Assembly (NCBI GenBank): GCA_038206475.1
Contig: JBBRAU010000002.1
Location: forward strand, 13,892 to 77,891
From: Patescibacteria group bacterium
GTDB taxonomy: Bacteria; Patescibacteriota; UBA1384; JBBRAU01
Length of the DNA: 64,000 nt
Reading direction: 5' to 3'
Part shown: in pieces, positions 1-7,165 of the stretch
How the letters are laid out: every line of letters begins with the position of its first letter
Numbering within the stretch: position 1 is the stretch's first letter
Position numbers and translations under genes: made by a program
Notes under the pieces: model-generated
Told to the model about the DNA's origin: nothing
The model's input: the letters and a program-made list of their open reading frames with translations, nothing else
Databases searched by the model: none

Positions 1-69
1 ACCGTCTACTTCCTGATGGCCAACACCGTACGCGCCGCTGAAGAGCAATCAGCTGACAAACTACGCTAA
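1..69 (+). CDS. 3' end of an unidentified CDS (partial at window edge)
   Basis: Frame open from position 1 to TAA at 67-69 (..TVYFLMANTVRAAEEQSADKLR*); too short to identify. Confidence 0.25.
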   Translation, partial: TVYFLMANTVRAAEEQSADKLR

Positions 70-150
70 TACTGCTACTATTACGCCTGAGTTGAGGGTT
101 GTTGTGTATATTACTCACATCTGGCAAGCGGAGCTTGCCGCCTCCGGCGG

Positions 151-180
151 TAAGAACCTCTCGCTACGCTCGAGAACCTT
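151..180 (+). repeat. Copy of recurring intergenic motif (half A: TAAGAACCTCTCGCTACGCTCGAGAACCTT) upstream of tRNA-Ala
   Basis: 26/30 identity to the sequence just 3' of the tuf stop (read on minus strand) and strong similarity to the one after the rpsN stop. Confidence 0.5.
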
Positions 181-237
181 GCAGACATGCTTCATCTCTC
201 AGTCCAGCCCCCATACTTCGCATGGTGTCTGAACTGA

Positions 238-313
238 GGGCCTGTAGCTCATCTGGTAGAGCGCAGCATTCGCATTGCTGAGGTAAGGAGTTCGAGTCTC
301 CTCAGGTCCACCA
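238..313 (+). tRNA. tRNA-Ala (anticodon CGC)
   Basis: 76-nt cloverleaf read by eye: acceptor GGGCCTG/CAGGTCC with G3:U70 Ala identity pair, D-arm GCTCATCTGGTAGAGC, anticodon loop TTCGCAT, T-arm GGAGTTCGAGTCTCC, encoded CCA. Confidence 0.85.
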
Positions 314-395
314 TTGGCTAGTCATCTGACAAGATGGCTGGCCAATGGTTTATTAAAGGCTCGAACGACCAGCGAGCTTGCGAGCTGGAGTTGGG

Positions 396-414
396 TCACG
401 AGCGAAGCGAGTGG
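396..414 (+). repeat. Copy of recurring motif half B (TCACGAGCGAAGCGAGTGG)
   Basis: Matches TCACGAG-N-GTAGCGAGTG present in the tuf/rpsJ and rpsN/rpsH spacers. Confidence 0.35.
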
Positions 415-441
415 GGATACTCGGCGAACGCAGTGAGCCAA

Positions 442-464
442 GGGCCTGTCTCCTCAGGTCCACC
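442..464 (+). repeat. Truncated tRNA-Ala-like repeat (acceptor 5' strand fused to the 3' T-arm/acceptor end)
   Basis: GGGCCTGT + CTCCTCAGGTCCACC reproduces tRNA positions 238-245 and 298-312 with the internal 52 nt missing. Confidence 0.45.
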
Positions 465-563
465 TGTTGAAAGTAATTACTGTTTAGCCACACTACATAT
501 TAGAGAAATTATTGCCAGTCGCATGCGCGAAATGGACCAGGAGCAAGCGACTTAATGGTTTGA

Positions 564-1727
564 TTACGATTCGATGCCGGACGTACCGGCAGTGCTCAGT
601 GCGCTAATGGTAATTGCTGTATCAGGGTGGACAACTTCCACCCAAATTGTGCCACGGACGAGTGGAATTTCGTTGCCACCTTGATCATAAAAACGAGTGC
701 GGCCAGTCCCCTTTCTTTTCCAGGTTCCAGCCGTAGCCTGTCCGTTCTCTATAACCACGGCTTTGTTGCTGCCGGTGGTTGTGTATTGCCAAATTTGTTT
801 ATCGCCAGCCTCGGTCAGGGATTTACGTTCGACTGTTTGCAAAATAATCGTTTTGGCCACAATCTGCTGATGCGTCTCCGCGTCGAGGTGTGGCTTGCCG
901 GCCATTGTCCGGCTGTAGCTACTCGTGGCCATGTCATATGTCCAGTTCACAGCAAAGCCTGGTGTTGAAAAATCAATTTTGACCGTTTGGCTGGCTGGAC
1001 GATCCGTCTCGGCGACGTCATCACGAAATAGCCACGGGGCAAAGTTGGCGCCGGTCGGCCAGCGATTAATAACGGTCGCCACCTTCCAAAGCTTATCGGT
1101 CGACGAATACATCGTATGCTCAAGCGCCACTTTTTTATTACTATCGCGGGCGTAAGCCGCCGCGCCAACCGTAAACTGGTTGAGGTCAAAGACATGGGTG
1201 GCGGCAATTTGAGCCAGGGCCGGCTCGCTACCACCAACATGAGCATAAAAGGCACCGAGCTCCGTCGCCCAGTCAATATAGTACGTGCGGGCGCTGCGCA
1301 CCGGCCCTACACGCTGCAGCTGGCGCGGATCGGCGTAGACAGCCATAAAGCGAGTAATGCCGCCTTCAGCGATGGCCTCGTACACTAGGTCGGCCGCGGC
1401 CAAGCCAGACTGCGGCCGGGCATCGGGGTGGTTCTCGATCATGACCGCCAGTGGGTGTAGCTTAGTGGCGTCAGATGCCACCAGTTTGCCGGTGAGGATA
1501 TCAGGCTCTAGCTGCGGCGAAACAACGGGGTTGGGCTGCAGCACCGCTGCGAACGGAGCCGTCAAACAGACCCTGTCGCAGTGCAAACGCTTGCCCCAGA
1601 CAATAACGGTGTACACCAAGGCGGCCAGAATAATACAGATGATAGCGCCGCCAATCAGGCGCCGGGCATGTGGTTTTGGCGCGGCTGTTGGCAGCTGGTC
1701 ACCCCCAGAGCTGATGAAAGACTTCAC
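564..1727 (-). CDS. DUF3048-like (YerB-like) protein with N-terminal membrane anchor
   Basis: 387-aa ORF; hydrophobic N-terminal segment; recalled DUF3048-like blocks (VMIENHPDARPQSGL, ITRFMAVY). Confidence 0.55.
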   Translation of the reverse strand: MKSFISSGGDQLPTAAPKPHARRLIGGAIICIILAALVYTVIVWGKRLHCDRVCLTAPFAAVLQPNPVVSPQLEPDILTGKLVASDATKLHPLAVMIENHPDARPQSGLAAADLVYEAIAEGGITRFMAVYADPRQLQRVGPVRSARTYYIDWATELGAFYAHVGGSEPALAQIAATHVFDLNQFTVGAAAYARDSNKKVALEHTMYSSTDKLWKVATVINRWPTGANFAPWLFRDDVAETDRPASQTVKIDFSTPGFAVNWTYDMATSSYSRTMAGKPHLDAETHQQIVAKTIILQTVERKSLTEAGDKQIWQYTTTGSNKAVVIENGQATAGTWKRKGTGRTRFYDQGGNEIPLVRGTIWVEVVHPDTAITISALSTAGTSGIES

Positions 1728-1766
1728 TCCTTCAGTATGACCGACATTGCACCCTTGGCCAACTGA

Positions 1767-1792
1767 GGAAAAACCCCGCCGGTGAAGCGGGG
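1767..1792 (-). terminator. Rho-independent terminator downstream of tRNA-Ala(GGC)
   Basis: CCCCGC/GCGGGG stem with 7-nt loop, followed on the minus strand by a U5 run. Confidence 0.5.
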
Positions 1793-1826
1793 TAGGTTAC
1801 GTGGCGGCGGCCTAGTTCTGTCAACC

Positions 1827-1850
1827 AAAAAGAGCCCGCTGGCTCTTTTG
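1827..1850. terminator. Bidirectional hairpin terminator
   Basis: AGAGCC-CGCT-GGCTCT hairpin flanked by AAAA and TTTT. Confidence 0.5.
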
Positions 1851-1869
1851 CAACATTAGTATTGATTCT

Positions 1870-1945
1870 TGGTGGACCCTACCGGATTCGAACCGGTGAC
1901 CTTCTCCATGCCATGGAGACGCTCTACCAACTGAGCCAAGGGCCC
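1870..1945 (-). tRNA. tRNA-Ala (anticodon GGC)
   Basis: Reverse complement folds as a 76-nt cloverleaf: acceptor GGGCCCT/AGGGTCC with G3:U70, anticodon loop ATGGCAT, T-arm GGTTCGAATCC, encoded CCA. Confidence 0.85.
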
Positions 1946-1949
1946 ATCG

Positions 1950-2022
1950 TATGGGACAATTGGCGAAGTTGGCAACGTTCTCAAATGAAATGAGAGGTTA
2001 CTGCCAACTGAGCCACGAACCC
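1950..2022 (-). pseudogene. Degenerate tRNA-like element (tRNA 5' half plus anticodon arm with UCA anticodon; no T-arm or acceptor 3' strand)
   Basis: Reverse complement GGGTTCGTGGCTCAGTTGGCAG..TCTCA-TTTCATT-TGAGA resembles the 5' half of the adjacent tRNA-Ala; position 37 is a pyrimidine and no T-arm is detectable. Confidence 0.3.
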
Positions 2023-2060
2023 AAAGACATGATGTAAACTACCAAAAACTGGCGGTTTTC

Positions 2061-3770
2061 TCAAGTCGCAACCGGTGCCGGCACAGTGATTGTAGTTGGT
2101 TCAGCCGCCTGAATTTCATCAGGTGCTGGCACTTGGGTCTGGTGATTGAGGTCAAATAGACTAACGCCGGTCATGTCAAAGCCCAGCGGACACTGCAACA
2201 ACTGCAACATGGTCGGCGCCACATCGGCCAAAACGCCTTGCGGCCGGAGTGGCCAAAGTTGACTCTGATCAGAAGGTATATAGAGAAATGGTACCGGGTT
2301 CATGGTGTGCTCGGTTTCGGCCTCACCACTTTTGGGGTTAAGCATTTCCTCGGCGTTGCCGTGGTCTGCCGTCAGTAGCGCCGCGCCGTGGTGGTTCCAG
2401 GTCTCTTGGACAATTTGACCAACCAGTTGATCTATCAAGGTCAAAGCAGCGACAGTCGCCGGAAAATTGCCGGTGTGGCCAACCATGTCTGGGTTGGCAA
2501 AATTCAAAATAATGACATCGTCATGGCGGCGGCGGATACGGGCGGTCACCTCAGCAGTTATGGCCCGGGCCGACATCTCCGGTGCCTGGTCGTACGTTGC
2601 AACTTTGACTGAGGGCACTAAAAAACGCTCTTCACCGGGATAGGGCTGCTCATGTCCGCCGTTGAAAAAGTAGGTCACGTGCGCATATTTCTCTGTTTCG
2701 GCAATGTGAAACTGGCGCAGACCATATTTTGCCAGCACCGCCCCGAGCGGCTCTTTCGGGTAGGCCGGATGAAACGCCGGAATAGCCGGTAGTCGGTCTT
2801 CATAGCGGACAAAGGTGACAAAGTAGAGGCCATCAAATTTATGATCTATCTGCATTTTGTGCATATCCGGCACGGTAAAGGCGGCGGTCAGTTGACGGGC
2901 GCGGTCTGGCCGGAAATTGAAAAAGATAAAGGCGTCGTTATTCTCGACTGGTGCTTTCGGTTGGCTGGCGCTGGCAATGACTGTCGGCACTAAAAATTCA
3001 TCAGTCAGGCCGCGGGCGTAGGCTGATTGTAGCACTTGCTCTGCTGTCGGCATTACCTCGCCTTCAGCTTTAGCGATGGCCCGCCAGGCTTGGCTGGTAC
3101 GCTCCCAGCGATTATCACGATCCATGGCGTAAAATCGACCGGACAGGCTGGCAATACGAACATACGAGCTAAGATCAGAGGTTTGCAAATAGCGTGTTAG
3201 CTTGGCTATTTCGGTTAAGCCGGACATCGGCGGCGCGTCGCGGCCGTCGGTGAAGAGATGCAGCAGCACCTCCGGCGGCCGACCGGGCGTGGCGCTAATG
3301 CGCCAGCGAATTAATTCCAGCAAAGCGTACAGGTGATCGGCTGAACTATGCACGGTACCTTGGCCAAACAAACCAAGCAAATGCAAACGCGTGCCGTGCT
3401 CAACAGCGTAAGTAATGGCACCATTTAAGGCCGGATTATCAAAAAAACTCTGGTTATGGATGAGTGAGGAGATGTAGCTGTAGTCTTGCTTAACAATGCG
3501 TCCAGCGCCTAAATTTAAATGGCCAGCCTCTGAGTTGCCGCGCGTTCGCGGCGGCAGGCCAACTGCCTGGCCGCTAGCATCGAGTGAAGCGTGCGGAAAA
3601 TTACGCAAATAATTGAAAAAATTTGGCATAGCGGCTGAGGCCTCGGCATTGCCGCCCCACAGCGGCGCCTCGCCAAAACCATCCAAAATTAAGAGTACGA
3701 GCGGACGCGGCACTCCAGCCACCTGTTTACGGGCATGAAAATCGTCGCTTGAAAACGGCCACATACTCAT
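2061..3770 (-). CDS. gpmI: 2,3-bisphosphoglycerate-independent phosphoglycerate mutase
   Basis: 569 aa; LILDGFG, GNSEAGHLNLGAGR, FTDGRD and TADHGN-type motifs of iPGM. Confidence 0.9.
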   Translation of the reverse strand: MSMWPFSSDDFHARKQVAGVPRPLVLLILDGFGEAPLWGGNAEASAAMPNFFNYLRNFPHASLDASGQAVGLPPRTRGNSEAGHLNLGAGRIVKQDYSYISSLIHNQSFFDNPALNGAITYAVEHGTRLHLLGLFGQGTVHSSADHLYALLELIRWRISATPGRPPEVLLHLFTDGRDAPPMSGLTEIAKLTRYLQTSDLSSYVRIASLSGRFYAMDRDNRWERTSQAWRAIAKAEGEVMPTAEQVLQSAYARGLTDEFLVPTVIASASQPKAPVENNDAFIFFNFRPDRARQLTAAFTVPDMHKMQIDHKFDGLYFVTFVRYEDRLPAIPAFHPAYPKEPLGAVLAKYGLRQFHIAETEKYAHVTYFFNGGHEQPYPGEERFLVPSVKVATYDQAPEMSARAITAEVTARIRRRHDDVIILNFANPDMVGHTGNFPATVAALTLIDQLVGQIVQETWNHHGAALLTADHGNAEEMLNPKSGEAETEHTMNPVPFLYIPSDQSQLWPLRPQGVLADVAPTMLQLLQCPLGFDMTGVSLFDLNHQTQVPAPDEIQAAEPTTITVPAPVAT

Positions 3771-3854
3771 CGCAGCAGTTGAAAATTAATCATTAACATG
3801 GTAGAAGATATAATCTCTGTCCTTTATACCCAGTCTACCAGAAGGAGACCACAA

Positions 3855-4850
3855 ATGGCCCCTGCAACCGTTCGCTTCGGCACCACGTACAGTCCTAGCC
3901 ACGCGGCCTGGACAATGGACAACCGGTTTAAAGCAATCAGCTGGCAAGAAGCACTATCGGCGGTACATGAGCTGAATCTGAAACGTCTGCGCATCGCGGT
4001 GCCTTGGCGCGATTGCGATGAGCAACTTGGCCTGGCTTGGTTGTCCGACATGCTAAAACAAGTAGATCACTCCGGTGTCAGCATCACCATCGCCTCCGGC
4101 TTAAAGACGCCGCGCTGGCCAGAAAATTACCCGCCTACTGACCTGCTGGCGGCCCATCCGCTTCCAGAGCGCAGTGAATTTACTGATGTCTACCGCCCAG
4201 CCCTTGAAGCCTGGTGGCAGCGCCTTTACACCGAGGTGCATCCGTACCTACACCTTGTCGAGGCGATCCAAGTCGAAAACGAGCCGCGTGACTTCTTTGG
4301 CGAAGGTGATCGCCGCATTAGCCTCTCGATGTTGCAGTGGGAGATGGCGCTGGTGCACAGCCTGTTCCATCACCAACAGATCGTCACAACAGTCGGCGCC
4401 CTCGGCGGCACACCGGCGATGCTGTATGGCTACAGCGGCGTCAACCGCAAATGGCGGGAGATGCTGGCATTAGCCCCCAGCAATTTCCGGCTTGGCCTTA
4501 ACCTCTATCAAAAAACTTTCTGGCATGGCTTGCGGCTCAGTGCCAGCCCGCAAGCTTGGAAAAAATTCCGTCACTACGTCCAGAGCGCCCGAGATTCGCA
4601 CCTGCAACCGTTTGTGTCTGAGCTACAAGCCGAGCCGTGGGACAGCCCTCAGCGGTTCGATTACCACGAGATCAACGGTAACCCAACCTGCCGACCCGAG
4701 CAGGTTGAAGCGATGATCCGCAGCGTGCTTGCCGCCGGTATCACTGACATTGACCTGTGGGGGCTGGAATTTTGGCTGCGCTGCCGCCAGCGCTCTAGCA
4801 GCGGCTGGATGGCTCACGTTAAACAGCTGGTTCAAAAGTACCAGCTGTAA
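3855..4850 (+). CDS. Putative glycoside hydrolase (TIM-barrel, NEP catalytic motif)
   Basis: QVENEP motif; start set at ATG 3855, preceded by AAGGAG at 7-nt spacing (ORF track begins at 3798). Confidence 0.45.
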   Translation: MAPATVRFGTTYSPSHAAWTMDNRFKAISWQEALSAVHELNLKRLRIAVPWRDCDEQLGLAWLSDMLKQVDHSGVSITIASGLKTPRWPENYPPTDLLAAHPLPERSEFTDVYRPALEAWWQRLYTEVHPYLHLVEAIQVENEPRDFFGEGDRRISLSMLQWEMALVHSLFHHQQIVTTVGALGGTPAMLYGYSGVNRKWREMLALAPSNFRLGLNLYQKTFWHGLRLSASPQAWKKFRHYVQSARDSHLQPFVSELQAEPWDSPQRFDYHEINGNPTCRPEQVEAMIRSVLAAGITDIDLWGLEFWLRCRQRSSSGWMAHVKQLVQKYQL

Positions 4851-4892
4851 CTCAATACTCACTTCCCCGCCTCAGGCGGGGATTTTTTGCGT

Positions 4893-5597
4893 TTAAAAAA
4901 CTAGCTTTGGCTCAAGGGTGACTACACGGTGAAACTCATTGGGACCGGCTTGCAGTTGGTGGTAAATCTCATTAGCCACGTCTGAGGGCTGCAGCACATC
5001 GGCCCACTGCGCCGGTGTGAGCTGAAAACCCTGGCGGGCCAGAGGCGTATCAACCAGGCCGGGCGCGACAGCCGAAACGTGAATGTCGCATGGTTTCAGC
5101 TCTTCATGTGCCGCCTCGGTTAAACCGACCACGGCGTACATCGTGGCGTTGTAAGCGCTCTCCTCCGGAAATGGCCGCAGTCCAGCCACCGAGGCCACAT
5201 TAACAATGTAGCCGCGGCCAGCCTGCTTCATAAACGGAATCACCGCTCGCATCAGCACTAGTTTGGCAAAGACGTTCACACTCCAAGCCAAGTGCAGCTT
5301 ATCAAGCGCCAGCTCTTCTATCGGCTGGCTCAAAAATATGCCGGCCGCATTAATGAGTGCGTCAATCTGGCCATGCTCTGCCTGAACGCGACCAACGGTC
5401 TCCGTGACCCACTGATCGTCGGTGATATCGCCAACTTCAGACTGTAAGCCATGGCCGTCATGCTCAGCCAAATGCTCAAGCGACTGCTCAGAGCGATCAA
5501 GCCCGATCACCTGCCAACCCTCGGCCAATAATTTAATAACCACGGCCGAACCGATGCCGCCGCCGGCCCCGCTAACCACAGCTACTTGTTTCGCCAT
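4893..5597 (-). CDS. Short-chain dehydrogenase/reductase (SDR) family oxidoreductase
   Basis: N-terminal Rossmann motif VVSGAGGGIGSAV; start at ATG 5597 with AAAGGA SD. Confidence 0.8.
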   Translation of the reverse strand: MAKQVAVVSGAGGGIGSAVVIKLLAEGWQVIGLDRSEQSLEHLAEHDGHGLQSEVGDITDDQWVTETVGRVQAEHGQIDALINAAGIFLSQPIEELALDKLHLAWSVNVFAKLVLMRAVIPFMKQAGRGYIVNVASVAGLRPFPEESAYNATMYAVVGLTEAAHEELKPCDIHVSAVAPGLVDTPLARQGFQLTPAQWADVLQPSDVANEIYHQLQAGPNEFHRVVTLEPKLVF

Positions 5598-5672
5598 GTT
5601 GTCCTTTCTCTCTTGTGCAGTCATATGTCATTTTTAGATTGCTTCGTCGGCGATAGACTTCTCGCAATGACG

Positions 5673-6236
5673 TTATTTGGTTACCCCGTTGCATGTTTTG
5701 GCATTCCAAAAGCCCAGCCCGGCGGCTTTGGCCGCCGTTTCTACCTGTCTGAAGGTGCCTTGCGCTTGATATGGCTTATCATAGGTGTACTCGTGGGCAA
5801 AGCCTTCGGCAATCAGTTTTTGATTAATGAGCGTACCGTCAGCCAAAAACACATAGCGCAGCAACCGGCCATACTTATCTTGGTCGTCTTGGCTGGTATC
5901 TGGCAACAGTTTGACGCGCTGACCGTCAAGCAGCTTATGTGCCTCCGTCGACGCCTGCGGCCCAAAGCACTGTACCGGTTTGCGTGGGTCTACCACTTCC
6001 GGCGTATCGATGCCAATCAGGCGCACCCGGTCTGTCTTCAGGCGCGAGGTTTTTACGTCAATGGTGTCGCCGTCAATTACTTTGGCCACGGGTACTAACC
6101 CGTCGTTTGGTTGGCTGCTGACATTGTCGGCGGTCGTGTGCCAATCGAAGTGGCTGATCTCACTTACGGCCACTACAACAAAGGCGACGATCGCAATAAG
6201 CAGCAGCCAACCGACAATTACTCTCCGTTCAGGCAT
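5673..6236 (-). CDS. Thermonuclease (staphylococcal-nuclease-like), membrane anchored
   Basis: DGDTIDV...RVRLIGIDTPE SNase motifs; start taken at internal ATG 6236 giving an N-terminal signal anchor (longer ORF runs to 6404). Confidence 0.75.
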   Translation of the reverse strand: MPERRVIVGWLLLIAIVAFVVVAVSEISHFDWHTTADNVSSQPNDGLVPVAKVIDGDTIDVKTSRLKTDRVRLIGIDTPEVVDPRKPVQCFGPQASTEAHKLLDGQRVKLLPDTSQDDQDKYGRLLRYVFLADGTLINQKLIAEGFAHEYTYDKPYQAQGTFRQVETAAKAAGLGFWNAKTCNGVTK

Positions 6237-6318
6237 ACGTTTAGTGTAGCCGAGCCGGCTGTACACGTCATTTTTACCAAGTTGCTCACGTTTGTCACAC
6301 TTATAATAAACACTTGAA

Positions 6319-7002
6319 ATGAAAGGGATCACGCTGCATGGCACCCCGGAGGGCTGGCGGAAAATGCCAGTCAAAACCGGGACCGTACGGCTCCACAGAA
6401 CCACGCCGGGGCGGCTGTGGTTTCAAACGCTCATCGTGGAGGAGGGCAGGGAGCATGTGTTCCTGCCCGATGGCTCCGCCGTGGTCAAGGGTCTCGGTGG
6501 GGTCACCACCCTGATACCGGGCCCTAAATACGGCGGCGGCGAAGTCACCCCCGTGACGACGCCGGCCGGGATGGTAGTGGTGAACACCACGACCACCCCG
6601 GGGTCAGCTCGGACACTTCTAAACGCCCGCGGGTGGGGCGGGTATATTCTTGACCCGCTCACCGCAACGGCAACGCCATTCGGCTGCCCCCCAATCCGGT
6701 GGGCAGCCGAACTGCGACCGGACCAGTTCATAGTTGTCGACCCAGGCGGCTACTACGCCTACCGAGTCGACGTGACCTTCCCCATCAACCCCCGCCGCGT
6801 CCAGGGTGACGTTGGCGGCAACGGCAGGTTCGACCTGTCGGATGCCCTGTTGGCGTTGTACTTGCTTCACGGGGATATCAACGCCAACCCCGGCCAGAAA
6901 CAGGCCGCGGACGTCGATGGCGACGGCTTCGTAACGCTGGAAGACGTCATCCGGATGCTGTACGCAGCAACCGGAACGCCATTCAGCTCCCCGCTCTGGT
7001 AA
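6319..7002 (+). CDS. Protein with C-terminal dockerin-like (paired EF-hand Ca-binding) domain
   Basis: DVGGNGRFDLSDALLALYLL and ADVDGDGFVTLEDVIRMLY repeats; by eye the gene is markedly more GC-rich than its neighbours, with CGG/GGG/CCG codons. Confidence 0.55.
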   Translation: MKGITLHGTPEGWRKMPVKTGTVRLHRTTPGRLWFQTLIVEEGREHVFLPDGSAVVKGLGGVTTLIPGPKYGGGEVTPVTTPAGMVVVNTTTTPGSARTLLNARGWGGYILDPLTATATPFGCPPIRWAAELRPDQFIVVDPGGYYAYRVDVTFPINPRRVQGDVGGNGRFDLSDALLALYLLHGDINANPGQKQAADVDGDGFVTLEDVIRMLYAATGTPFSSPLW

Positions 7003-7033
7003 TCGGGCGGGGAACATCAAAAAAACAAACTAC

Positions 7034-7066
7034 AGCCCTCGGCTTTACCGCCGGGGGCTTTTTTAT
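7034..7066 (+). terminator. Rho-independent terminator after the dockerin-like gene
   Basis: 10-bp stem AGCCCTCGGC/GCCGGGGGCT (one G.U) followed by T6. Confidence 0.6.
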
Positions 7067-7165
7067 GCTCTACGTTCAGATTGACTATCATTTGTGCAGT
7101 CGCGATTTTGCGCCCGCCTTCTGCAACAGCGCGTTGCACTGGCATTTATGCTAAGCTCTAGGCAA

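Noticed and set aside
1950-2022. Possible functional UGA-reading tRNA (tRNA-Sec or suppressor) and UGA recoding
   Set aside because: No T-arm or acceptor 3' strand, a pyrimidine at position 37, and several conserved genes (rplQ, the STAS gene) terminate at TGA, so the standard bacterial code applies
5673-6404. Longer 243-aa form of the thermonuclease ORF
   Set aside because: The extra N-terminal 56 residues have no nuclease homology and precede the signal anchor; the internal ATG 6236 gives a standard secreted-nuclease architecture
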